In this document: one piece after another, positions 11,691-24,300 of the stretch
Layout of the letters: every line of letters starts with the position of its first letter
How positions within the stretch are numbered: position 1 is the stretch's first letter
Assembly (NCBI GenBank): GCA_004022145.1
Contig: RCNU01000008.1
DNA from: Paecilomyces variotii
Taxonomy: Eukaryota
Direction: 5' to 3' (one strand)
DNA: 64,000 nt
Notes under the pieces: generated by a model
Seen by the model: only the letters and a program-made list of their open reading frames with translations
What the model was told of the DNA's origin: nothing
Databases searched by the model: none
Translations under genes and position numbers: made by a program

Positions 11691-14600
11691 TATAGATTCC
11701 CAAAACCAGATATTTACTTCGCTTGCTAGGCCAATTCTGATAATACCATCTACCATAGGCGCCAGGGTGAGACACGTACAGAGTCCGGGCGAAGGACCGA
11801 AGGCTGGTACGTGGCGCGAAACCGTGGTGAGAGCACCATTTCTGGCAGGTTTGCTCACCGTCTCGTCAAGAAATAAGGTTTTTATTTGTATATGTTTACT
11901 CTATTGCGGCCTGTTACTGCGCAATACAGTATGAGGATTACATTAACCGGCAAAAAACGGCAGTTGATTCCTCAACCCCAGAGTAGGTAGAAGGGATGTG
12001 ACACCGGAACGTGTTTGTGCCCTCCGGGGGACCGCGATATGGCCTATTACAGGCAGATCTACGACGCCTTGCCGACGATCAATCTCCAGTCTGAGCCCGC
12101 CACGATCTGTGCTTTGATCCAGCTCCACGAATTACGGCGACCAAATCTTAAAAACGTCTTATGGAGGAAGAGAGGAACTTACGACGCCTACATTTTTTCA
12201 ACCGCTTCCTTCACTCGTTCGGATGGAACCGCTACATTTGGAGCATTCCTCATGAATCATCCTTCCGCGCTGATGATCCTGAAAATGGAGTCCCCAGCCA
12301 ACTGAGACATAGTTCTAGTCTACATAGCGGAACTTCCCCGAGACTTTTCCGAGACAGTAGGCGTGTACTCCGTACTCGTCCTATTTTCTACCACAGAATC
12401 CTGGGGTTGTTTGTTTGCTTTGTGGAACAAAGTCAACGTCCATTGCTCCGTACTCCGGACTCCGTGGACCGCGCTGGCTTCGGCCGAGAGAATCCTTCTT
12501 AAAAGGTCATACCTTTTGCCCCACGTGGGATACCGTAACGGCGTAACTAAAGCTACCAACTATGGAGTACGTAGTACTATCGATCGTCCTACTGTCCATG
12601 AACTGCTCCGTGCAGCTGCCAGGAACTCAGTTTCCTTGGCAGGGCCTTGGCCAACCTGCGGTGAAAGCGGCGACTCACTTCGATACATGGAACTGCACAT
12701 ATGTAGCAACCGAGGATACGATACGTGCCAGCATGAGACTTTGATACTGGAGTCCCCGGCATCTCATGAAAACTTGGAATGGTCTCTAGTATACAGTCAG
12801 TATCATGAGGGCAGGTTAGCCCTTGACGTTGGTGGCTCTCGCCGTATGCAAACGGGATAGCCAGGGTTGCTTGTGATAGTAACGTTACGGGTTTACCCGA
12901 TGGAGGCTTCGAACCACGGCATTTCACAGAAGAACAACAGCGTCGTCATCGCTGTTTGTCGAAGGTATTGGCCTCCAGGCTGACACGGGATGTCTCGAAA
13001 GAATCACACAGAGGTCAGCTGGGCGCGTTTCTTAGGGGGGACAATCGTTGAACACGAAGTACGGAGTAGATAGCCAGAGTTCCGGGTCTCTACCTCCAGG
13101 CAGAAAGAGAGACGCACCAAAGAAAGCGACCGCGATAATAAGGAGACGTAGACAAAACCGCCAATCGACGCGAACATACTCATCTTCGCGATCTTGTTGG
13201 AGGCCTCATTATTGCGCTTGGGTCGCCCCGACTTGTCGCGGAGAAGCTCACGGGAGCTGTTGAGATAATAGATAGCAGCACATCATCGGACTCATCACCG
13301 ACAATCAACCCTCGACTGCATCACCCGGCCCAGCCTTGCCAGGGCGGATTGGGTCGTGTGCATAAGGGCAAGGACAGGCCCAGCCTTGGAAAGATGATCA
13401 GATCCCAAGGACCGCACTGGATTTGTCGATCACCGCGGCGCCACAGTTTGGAGAGGCAAGCCATGTCCAAGCCCCCTTGTCTTTGTCTGTAAAGCCACGA
13501 TGCCCGACAAACCGGGTCGCGGAGACGGGGAAGACAGCTGCTGGACCCCGGGGCTAACTTTGGGAACTTCGGCGTACTTTAGGTGGAAGCACAGCCCGGG
13601 GTTATGCATATCTGACATTCCAACATACCATCCTGCCAACCCAAATAATGAGTTTCCCCAGATCTACATGGGCTATCAGGCTAGATATCCATGGAATTTC
13701 CGTCTGCTTGCCGGGACCAAAGTCCGCTAACTGCTCACCAAGACAAAGAGCTGAAGCGATATTCCCTGTTTGAGGCATGACATGAGACAAGCCCCAAAAA
13801 AGAGGACAACAAAAAAAAAAAAGAAAAAGGCTGATGAGGATAGGAAGACGCGTGTCTATTGCTGACACTTCCCGTCGCGGCGGTCAGCTGCTGGAGTATG
13901 TACAACATTGGAAGGGCAGCTGTTGAGATGCAGGTGAGCTGAGTCGAAATCCGGGGTGTGCAGCAGCCTTGATTGCGGAGATACGTTCCCCAGAGGCGCT
14001 CGCCGGAGCCCACGGTTACACGAATGCATGCCAAAGGGGCCATAAATCATACAATCAGTAAGGACTGAAGGAGTGATGGAGTAAGATGAGATTCTGCCAA
14101 GACGGCGATTATTCACATTGCGGCTCGATACATCCTGTTCCGCCCCTGTGGTGCAATAATGTCGAACAGGTGTCGATGCGGAAGCCATTCGCTGATCGTT
14201 GCCAACGACTCGTATCTTGGTGATGATTTGTGAGCATCTGGTGTACAGTGTACACCCACCCCCTGCATACTTCAGAGAAACATTACATGTCTGAAATCCG
14301 GGCTGTCGGGTCGACATACCAGTCAACAGGTATTATTAACTAACTACGCAATACCTAGTTAAAATATGACAGGCATGGCACAGACTGTGGAATCAACTAT
14401 GTGCCTCCGCGTTTGCTCCGGGGAAGAACCAGACTCGACTATCTAGAGCCCGAAGCCCTAAATAAAATAAATAAAATTGACTTCTAATTAAATTGCTCTC
14501 AAAGTTTGGGCGAAGCGGCTGATCCCGGTCCCGCTCCGGCGGCACACTTTAGTTATCTAGTCTAGTCTATCTACCCCCTTTATTCAATTCGATGCAATTA

Positions 14601-15677
14601 ATTCTCCGTCCCCGGAGACATATCTATCCATTTGATGATTGTGACTGCGCTTCTGGAATTTGTCAGCGTATGTAGTCTCGCCTGCCAAAGACTTAACTCA
14701 ATTATGACTGTTTTAATTGGCTCTAACTATCTATCTTTATATTATTTCGTCTCTGCTTTTTCATAATAGGTCTAGATACACAAAAAGGAAAAAAAATGGT
14801 TAATCAGAACAAACTAACCGACTCCTTCTTTCCCATTCCGTGACCAGACACAAGCTTAAAGTATTTGACAGATGATACGTACAAATGTTTATTTTAATCG
14901 CCTCGTACTCTAGTCTACAAGCCAAATCTGATCGAGCGCAATAGGATACACACCCCCTGGGGGGAAAGAATAATGCGACCGAGAATTCTCCATACGAAGA
15001 CAATCCCTCGCTTGCCTCGCCTCGCCCAAACTTGCAAACGACCGCTCTACGGAGTAGTATATCAATGCACACTGTAGATCAGATAAGCGAGACGGACGGT
15101 ATGAACCCCAAAAAATCAGTTCCCTATCTAGCGCGTTTAGAAAGACAATAATAGACATCGTAGTTCGCTTCTAGATATTGAAAAGTAACCCGAACAAGGA
15201 GAGAGAGAGATGAAACTGACCACGGGGGTAGATAGTTAGTTGGGCAATTTGGGCTGTTTTAACAAGATGAGATGTTTATGCGTGCCTGTCACGATTAATT
15301 CTAATTTCTGCTAGTTTGGTTTCGTGGCGGGGGGGAACTAGTCTAAACCAGTTTTTTTTTTCCCGGAAACTACGGATGTGGATCCGGTGATGGAATATTC
15401 GAAATCTTGGATTTTCTGGTGTTTTTAGCGATCGATCGGCGCTGGGAGGAGGGGAGGGGGGGGGATGTGATATGATATATCTACGCCTTTTTGCTTATCG
15501 GATTCGCTAGATATGTGTCTAGATTCATGCTTTTACTGTTAAATTGCATCAAGAAGAATAGGTGCACGATCAGTATTTGGAACTATAGAGAGTTTGTTTC
15601 TTGTTTTATGGTAATCTGAAAGTAGATTAAATGGGATTTTTGGCTGAATCGCTGCTGGTATGCGAAGTGGTGAGTTC

Positions 15678-15702
15678 GATATATATATATATATATATAT
15701 AT
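15678..15702. repeat. (AT)n microsatellite
   Basis: atatatatat... run. Confidence 0.9.
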
Positions 15703-16186
15703 CAACATATCCATATATACAGTATGTATATAGTTCGCGACACATTCAAACTACTCCAGCTTCGTCTCCGCAGGATCTGTAGACCCAATTGCGAAATCAG
15801 GTATTTGCGACGCCATGCTCGCTAATTCTGAAAATTTCTCAGCGGTATCGATGGCATATGTCAAGTTGTGCTATCCCTGTATCTAGACGACTTTCCTAGA
15901 GTAGGAATTTCCACATCAGGCGGAGCTTGTGTCATCAAATAAACAACTGTCATCACACCCTCAGTCGCTTGTGGCGGTCTGAATTTGTCACCCTCTTCTA
16001 AGCTGATTGATACGCCTGGCCATGGAACTCTCGGAGATTATCACCTGCAATATCTACGGTGTAGGTCAGTCGAGATGCAAATTCGTCACCGACCTTGCTT
16101 CTGTCCCGCGACAGATCAGAACAGGGCGGTGAGTTGTAAAGTTGAGATATGTCAGTCGTGCGCTTTGATCTTCAATAAACCAACTA

Positions 16187-16554
16187 CAGTAAATCCCCGC
16201 TATAACAAATTGAATGAGGCACAGAAAAAAATTTGTTATAGTAGAAAATTCGTTACAGCAAATATTAGCAAAATCTGATTTTTATTATATAATCATAGTA
16301 AGGGATATAAAATTTGCAATATTATATAATAAATCTCTTAAAATTAGGGATTTTTATTGATTATTAGCTATAACTAATCCCTCGCTATAATGAATCCCCC
16401 ATATAAAATCAGTGGTGAGCTAGGGTATTGTAACAAATTTCGTTATACTGAGGAATTAACGAATTTTATATGGGGGATTAAATTAGGCACTGAAAAAAAT
16501 TCGTTATAGTGGAAAATTCATAATAAGGGGGTTCGTTATAGCGGGGATTTACTG
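16187..16554. mobile_element. 368-bp non-autonomous Tc1/mariner(pogo)-type MITE
   Basis: 20-bp perfect TIR CAGTAAATCCCCGCTATAAC / GTTATAGCGGGGATTTACTG, flanked by TA on both sides (16185-86, 16555-56). The interior is AT-rich with repeated TTCGTTATA-like subterminal motifs. Confidence 0.9.
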
Positions 16555-19500
16555 TATCTACTAACTATTTTATGCTTCAGTCTGAACTATGCAAGCCAAG
16601 GCGCAGCATTAATATTATTAACTTATTATTATTGCCGCGGGAAGCAGAAGCTCTCGGAGCAGCAGCTGTAGCCGAGGCAGTGAGGAGCCGCGGGTGTCGC
16701 TTCAACCTCGTCATTATCCTCGTGCGTCCGTCCGGATACCAATTGTTGGGATGAATTGGCAATGTTGGAGTCGCTCCACGTAACTTTTGGCCTGCAATTC
16801 ATGTGCGTCCTCGGAGCCACTTTTCTTCAAACGCAGAATCAGCCCTGTGAGGGGATATGGTGGTTGTTTGGCAGGAGTCCACGGCACTAAGTACTGCGGT
16901 GGAGTGGTCGTTTCAAATGCGCCTAGGCCCCAGTGACGATTGCCCGAAGAACGCCCGTGGAAGAAAGGAAAAATCAATAATTGTGATTAGTTATGTATTC
17001 TTATTATTGCCGAAACCCCAAGCAGCACAACGGAACTCGCGGGACGGCGTCCCACCCCCAGGTCTACCAACGCGCCTCATCACCGCCACTTGGGGTATAT
17101 TATTATCCTGATTTGTACAGAGTACGAGGGTCATCCAGTCAGAGAACCGTTGGGAAGTCCCTGCAGAGAGATGCGAGGACAAATACAGGCGGTGAATCAC
17201 CGCTTTTCAAAAGGACTGGTCAGCAGAATTCAAACGCAGACCAGCGTGCATGGTGCATTGCATGAAGAGACGCTGGAAGTATGCATCCTGCAATGTGCGA
17301 CGATCCGCCGCTTGACAGCATGCGCGCTGCCTGCTCTAGCTGCGCGGCTAAAGTACCGAATCGGATTGTAACAGAATATCTAACTATGTTATCGTCTCCT
17401 CGGTTACCCAGTTGAATTCAAAGTTGAACGTCCCTGTTCTCTGATGCTGAACCTGCTCTTTCGGTCCGTGCTGTTATTCTATGATGCAATTTACATATCT
17501 ATCATCCATGCGACGACCCATTCGGCCGGTTAGGCTACGCGGGCGGAAAAAGCAATGGAAGTTCCGCGAGCGGATCCGCAACCCAGGAGTAACAGTGTTT
17601 CGTCGACTGTGCCTCCGTAGATAGTGTGAAAAAGGAGCGAGGGGGGGCTGGCCGAAACATATCCGGGGGACCAGAGAGGCGGGTTCTGATCATCGATTGA
17701 TCGATGAACTAGCAGACGGCTGTCAATCAAGGAATCAGGATGAATACGTTGCTCAGGGGCTCTTGGGGCTTGAATTTTGGATAGCTCGCGCGCTCTGATA
17801 TCCCAGCGGCCAGGTGCATTCTGGGCTTCCTGCGCGCAATGCTGTTATTTCGAATTAGGATGCCCTGGCAGACCCCGACAGTCGGGAATCGGGACGGCCC
17901 CGTCCTCGACGGTGCGGACGCGATGTCAGTCTAATTGATCTAACACGCCAGACTAACCGACTGGACGGTGCCAGGCGGAAGGGAGGCCATATTCCGCGGA
18001 AGCGCCTGCTGTGCCAGCCATGTGGAAAAGCGATGATCCTCCCTGGTTTGGGCAGTTCCTACGGGAGTCTGGCCTGGGCTGGACGGATTTTCTGCTGATG
18101 GACGCCACAGGGCGAGGCCCTCCTTGTCGCAGTACGGCGACCATCTCCGAAATTGCTACGCAGAGCGGGTACCGATACCTGACTGACGGTGGACAAGCAA
18201 GTTCGCCGCGTTGGGCCGCAAACAGAGGTTTGAGAGGTATGATATCCTCGATATTATTATCACGATTCGTCCAGAAACCCGGGGAGAGGTCTCAAATCGC
18301 GGGGGAACGGGGGACGGACCAGAGGCCGGCTAAATGGCATATGATATGATATGGTTATTCACCAACTGGGGATAATAACAATACTCTATTCTTTTGCCGA
18401 GCCTTGGTTGATTGATAATTGAAGCCACGGTGAAAACCCGGAGAAGCGGGTGGCCGAAGCTTAGCGGGAACTCCACGGACGCCATGGATCGATCCAGGGG
18501 GGGAAAACACGCGTTTGGGAACGAAAAAAAGAGGCTAATTACAGAAAATTGAGGCCCGGTGGGGGCAGGCTTCTGGCTTCTGACCGGAAGCTTCCCGATG
18601 AGCTTGGTCTGGCAGAGATTTCGGTCCCCTGGATGGGCGGGAGCTGTCAGTATATTAGAGCGCCGTGCGGACATGAGGATGCAATGGATTCTCGACCTTG
18701 CATTTGTAGCGAGAAGCTTGACGGACTGTAGAGGCTGTCTGATCTGATCGAAACCCTATTATTGTCACTCTTTCATCGCCCGTCTCGACCTCTTTCGCTA
18801 TACTATACTATACTACACGATATACTACATTACGATACTGCATTCTCACTACCTCGAACCATTCCACGTTACAGTCCGACGTGGTTTCTTCTTCCTGGCT
18901 CTTCTCCGCTTCCTGACACGTCTAGACTGCAGCCAACGAGACTCTGGTGCCTGATTCCCTTTAGCGTGGGATGTGCTAGATCGGTGTTCTGGAATATAAT
19001 ATCCGCTGGAACCGCCGATAAAGTACCGTGGTTATTATTATTCACTGGCTAGGCAGTGATATTGTCTGAGACTCTGAATATCCCAGCCACGCTGTACATA
19101 CATTAATTCCTTTGCGGGGCGAGGCAAATCGAGTTCTACTTCGGTCCCGCATCCGACATTCTTCCTGCACACCGCAATCCGCGGGGAAGCAGGACAACAA
19201 GCAAGAAGGCGAAGATCCCCAACCCGGCGTGCATAACACATTATCGTGTTTCCGATCACTTATCGCCTCCCTTATCCATGCACGCACTCCGATCCCAGAT
19301 CTCACCTCAGACCTGAGACCAACCGATTATCATCCATCTGCATCGGCCCATTCCCCCGTCCATCCCTTGCGCCGGCTGGACGAAGTATACAACCCTATCT
19401 GACACCGGCTTCACCCATCAGTCGATCCCCGGAGATCAGTCACCACGAAAACAGCAAACAGACGGTCTGTTACGATCTCTCCGCATCGACAACTCTCCCC

Positions 19501-20329
19501 TCTTGTTTATCAGTCGGCGATTCCCCCCTCCCTGACGCCCAGTCAACCCCCCATCTCCAACAAGTTCGCTATCCGCTATCACTTCTCACATCTGCTCCTG
19601 GTGTGACGGTGACTTGTGACTCTGACTTGTCACGGTGACTTGCTGTTTCTTTCACCAAACCTCGCCCGGAGTGCCCGGGTTCTCCACGAACGAGAACGCC
19701 TAGACCCGATTCTCAGCATCTATTTGATTGTCATCACCGCCTGTCATCTGCTTGCCGACGGGGAACTATTATTATTATTACCCGCTTGTTCGCACGCTCC
19801 AACAGCATCGCTGCCCCCACACCGCGACTTTCGCCGGGGAGTCCGTGAACCAGCGGACCGATCCACGAGGGGGAACTAAGCCCCCAAGGCCGTGAGCGAT
19901 CGCGCCGAAGTTCAATTCATTATTATTCAACTGTCGTGCAGCTGGGCTTAGCATTGCCCAGTTCAGAGCTGTCATATTTATCGGGACCCATCGCCCTACA
20001 TTCCATCGCGGCGGGATTCGTCTGCACGCCCTCGACCGCTACTGCCGCCACAGCTTGTGATTTGGCCTGGCCGTGTCCTTGTTTATTTGCTTTGTCCCTG
20101 AGCTGCGTTCTTGTTGGCGGTGCCTGCCCAACAGACTCGCCGGACGCCTTATCCGTCGCACACGCAAGGGGCGTTCTGACCTGGATCGGGGTACATCTCC
20201 CGCGCGCGATCTATACAGTATATATCGCCCGCACCATATAATCATTATCGCGCCATCCCCCTGTTTGCGTGCTTTAAACAACCCTCAACAACAGCTCTAC
20301 GCGAGTCTTCTTATACCAACACCGGCATC

Positions 20330-20890
20330 ATGAGGTTCAGCTTCAGTTTCAGCAGCAGCACCATGTCCTCCCCTTCGCCTTCCTCGCTGCCTCCTCCCCC
20401 ACCACCTCCTTCTCCTAACGATGACTTGCTTGATATCACTCCTCGCAAGTCTTCTTTCTCGACGACGCTGGGCATGAGCACGTCGTGTGCATTCCCTTCC
20501 TGGCCCAACCGCTCCTCTCTGCTGAACGCAGATTCCGACTGCTCTACCCCCAGTTCCTATCTGTCGGATGAGGACCTCTTCCCTGAGGGCGCATCCGAGG
20601 CTATCATCGACGAGGAATCTGCCATCATTGACCCTGTCTGCTGCCCTTTCGACGTCACCACGGAGCAGCAGGTGCAGATGATGCGCGCAGCTGCTGAGGA
20701 GGAGGAACGACGCCAGCGATACCTGGCCCAGGTCCAGGCTCACGCTCGCGCACAACAAGCAGCTCGCGTGGCCCAGCTGGCTGCAGCAGAGCGCGAGAAT
20801 GCACGACGCAAGAAGCGCAGGGCGGTTCCGGAGAAGAAGCGTCGCTCGACGTCATCATCATCGAAGACAGTGTCGTCTCAGCGGTCGTGA
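20330..20890 (+). CDS. Uncharacterised 186-aa fungal protein: Ser/Pro-rich N-terminus, AFPSWPNR and SSYLSDEDLF motifs, helical region, basic C-terminal NLS-like stretch
   Basis: Strong C-ending codon bias, RRKKRRAVPEKKRR, and first ATG after a long ATG-free stretch. The start could be the second Met at 20363. Confidence 0.8.
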   Translation: MRFSFSFSSSTMSSPSPSSLPPPPPPPSPNDDLLDITPRKSSFSTTLGMSTSCAFPSWPNRSSLLNADSDCSTPSSYLSDEDLFPEGASEAIIDEESAIIDPVCCPFDVTTEQQVQMMRAAAEEEERRQRYLAQVQAHARAQQAARVAQLAAAERENARRKKRRAVPEKKRRSTSSSSKTVSSQRS

Positions 20891-23669
20891 AAACCAACTA
20901 ATACAGCCTCTTCCCGAGTTCTTGTTCTTGCTGGCATACGAAGTCTACGGCAGTTTCCTATCCATCTGCGGCACCGGGTTTTCCGCGCTGACCGCCTTTA
21001 CCATACGGTATTGATACATACCGTTACCATACCCGTCACAACCCGACGCTGCCCGAACACCAAAATCTCCTCGCATCTTATCTTGTTCTCACCGCATCCT
21101 CATCCTTCATCCCACCTGGACTTCTGCCTATCATGTCTCGGCCATCTCACCGCTGGTCTCTTCCCCCGCCGACTTCTACAGCTTCATCTTGTCTCCAGAT
21201 GACTCACAGCAGTGCATCGCCTTCTTTCTACCCCTCCTTCTGCTTTGTTGGTCACCGTCGACCTGTCTAGGCTTTCTATCATCTTTTGTTTCCGGTTTTG
21301 TCTCGGCCTCGGCCCATTTCTGGCGACGGTGTTATCGCGGTCTCGGATTTCATATCGCACGGTGTTTCTTTTTCTGGTGTCGCATCATGCATGGTTATAT
21401 ACCCCCTGTTGTTTGGTTTTTCCACTGGCTCTTGAGATCTCTTGGTTTGTTTTTCCTTAATACCCAGCATCGGCAGTCCCTATCGTGGGCATCGCATACG
21501 TCTAGCGTTTCTTTTCATTATCCACAAATACCATTAGCATAGCGATTCCATAGTTTTCCTACTATCATCAATCAAGTGCACAAACATTTGCACACAATAC
21601 AGAGTACTCCATCTCTTGAATCAGTAATAATAGTAGAAGTAGTAAAAGTAATAATAGCAGTAGTATAGATACGCGTTATGCCCACAGAAACCAATCCGTG
21701 CGAATAGTATATCGCCATCGCCACTCCACGCCATACATAGGTATGCAGGCTGCTGCCTAGCGCGCAACAACAGGCGATTTCCATGTTTCCATCCCTCCTT
21801 CCAGAACAAACCAGCCCTTTGTCTTCAATGTCGCAGAATTCGCACTAAAGCACGTCCCGCTGTCCAGCTTTTTCTTTTTTCTTTTTTCTTTTTTTTTTTC
21901 CCTTGTTGTCATGTTGTTCCCATCTAACTGATTCTGTGGATCCTAGGGAGGCGCAGCGTAGCGCAGTGCGCTCTAGATTCTTTTTTTAATTTATTATTAT
22001 TACACTTTTTTTTTGTTGTTTCGGATTTCGATTTGGTCTAGGAAATAAAAGGCGAGTGGGATTGGGATTTAAGGTGCGGTTAGCTCGCTAGCGAATCAAA
22101 TTGCGTGGTTTGTTGTTTTTACTCGAGCCTTGTGGTAAGTTATGTACGTATGTATGTATTGTACTGTGCTATTGTATGTATGTACATACAGTACCTACTT
22201 TGTGTGGGCGGGGAGAGGTCTAGTTGAGTATGGTAGTAGTTGTTACTGGGAAAAACGCACTGTTTTTGAGAATATGTTTTGATTTTTTCTTGCGTTCTGT
22301 AGTTAGTTAGTTAGTAGAGGATTGGTAATGATAATAGTTGTGTATGTATGTATGTACTCTAGGAGTATTGATGACTGCATGTGATATACATATCAAAGTC
22401 GTAGTGTATAATACTTATACTATCTCTAGAGATGAAACTGCAGTGTATTGCGGCTATCTATCTATCTCTCGCCCTCCCTCTCTCTCTCTAATGGATTTCT
22501 GAATCGGTCCTTTTCTCCCTCCCTCTCTCTTTTCTCACGGATCAAACGGCAAAAGACTGTCGGGGATTATCCGCGTGGGAATCGGATAATTAGATTAAAT
22601 TAGGTAGGTATTAGAGTAATTAGTTACTGTACTCCTCGTGGGAAAATCGAGTCCCGCGAGAGAGAAAAAAAAAAAAAGAATAAAAAAGGTCATGCCATAT
22701 CATCATAAAAAGAAACTAAACTGTAAACGAAATAAAATTAAACTAGATGGATACCTAGTTACTTCATCCCACGTACCTAGGTACCCAATGCTTGGGTACC
22801 TAGGTAACTTCCAGTAGCTATCTTGCTAGATAGAAGCCCAGGCTAGATACATAGCTTGTCAGATGTCTTAGGTAGGTAGGTAGCTATCGGCTCCGTACCG
22901 TGTCTACCCCTCCATATCTAATTACCTAGGTAGGTACGGAGGTAGGAGGTGGGGGTGGGGGCGGAAATAGAGGGGTAATTACTACTATACACGGGATAAA
23001 TAATGACAATAACTACCGATAATAATAATTCTAATGACACAATTGAATTGAATTAAGATTATGATTACCGAACGGAGGGGGTTTTCGTTCGTTTCATTTA
23101 GTTCGGACTTTTTCATTTTCTCGGTGAGGGGTAGTAATAATAATAATGGCTTTCTTTTCGATTTTTCGAATAGCCGCCGATGTGGCCCCGTTTGAGGTAT
23201 ATTCCTCTTCGGGCAGGTGGGACGAGAGAGGTAAATAGGTAGGTACCCAAGCTGGAACATGATTATTTATGCTAGTTAGGAGCTATTTGGAGGGGTAGCT
23301 AGCTATGACTCTATGATGAACTACTACGGAGGGGTTCTTGCACAGATGATTCTGTCAATATACGCTTAAGTGGACGTTGAACAGTCCTTCTGCAGGTGAA
23401 GCTATATTATAGTGAATCAGTACAAGAGTCGAGTTTCTTTGTCGATAGAAGAGAAATCTAGCTTCAACTAATTGTCTGCACAATAGACATTGTGTCCTCG
23501 AAATATAATTTCCTCTTTCAAGGGGTGGCATATCAAGCACTCGAATGAAACAGCTAGAGCGATCACGGATGCTATTCTGATCTGGGTCTATCGCAGCGGT
23601 CTCCAGCTGCTGAACTGCGCAAGCACTCACCAGATATCTATCACTGCGCTATCAGTTTCTATAATAAGC

Positions 23670-24300
23670 GCTGAATTGTCCAAAGCAAAGTCAGGCATCG
23701 AAAGTCTACATCGGATTAAACAAATCTCTCCGATTTCACTCACAGTGTTGCTACGGTTAAAATCCTAAGAAACTTCCTAAATCACCTCCCAATTGAGGAA
23801 GACGGAGACATGCCATTCATTGCGGCATACATTGCGAATTCTGAGGACAAAGATGAAACTCGATCTCCTTGCGCCTAGTGGGGGACGAATATCCGATAAC
23901 TATATTTTGTGTCGGTATTACTGTGCTATTGTTCTATATATCTCCTCTGGGCTGTGAAGGAATCCTCCTCTTACTATCCTTGTAGCGTAAATACATATTT
24001 ATGCCATGTTATCATCTGTTTCACATCCTTGGATGAAGCATACTAGAACATGGCACGGCGGCCATATTTCTGAGCTAATCTGTCCTGTTAGTCGAATGTC
24101 TGAATCTGATTCTAGAACCGTATCACAGTAAACCGATAGTATCGGAGAGATGACTCCTGCAGACCCAGACAGTCCCTCCTAGTAAAGAATGCAACGTTGA
24201 GATATGGCCAGTATGAGGAATATGCTGTCTTGAAGCCTGACTCCCGCTGCTGGCCTATTGAGAGACTCAATCAGCCTACTTATGGCTTCGTGAGATGGTC
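23670..24300 (+). pseudogene. Possible degraded remnant of a fungal HNH-endonuclease-type gene
   Basis: Fragments ELSKAKSGIESL and TVKILRNFLNHLPIEEDG...IANSEDKDE in different frames resemble the N-terminal region of fungal HNH_2 proteins. Similarity is weak and judged by eye. Confidence 0.25.

Noticed and set aside
11930-11950. TTAC as a possible Starship boundary repeat
   Set aside because: It does not match TTAC-N7-A, and no partner repeat or captain gene is present in the window.
12900-12925. GGTTCGAA T-loop-like word on the minus strand (tRNA?)
   Set aside because: No T-stem pairing or cloverleaf.
11950-12930. Overlapping 96-165 aa ORFs that look faintly coding
   Set aside because: No family recognised and the frames conflict. 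It could be a degraded gene but needs blastx.
14560-15240. 12-bp inverted match CTATCTACCCCC / GGGGGTAGATAG
   Set aside because: Too short, low-complexity and without a TSD, so not called a MITE.
12000-20000. Telomerase RNA or snRNA in the gene-poor tract
   Set aside because: No TAACCCTAA template or U-snRNA signature found by eye.
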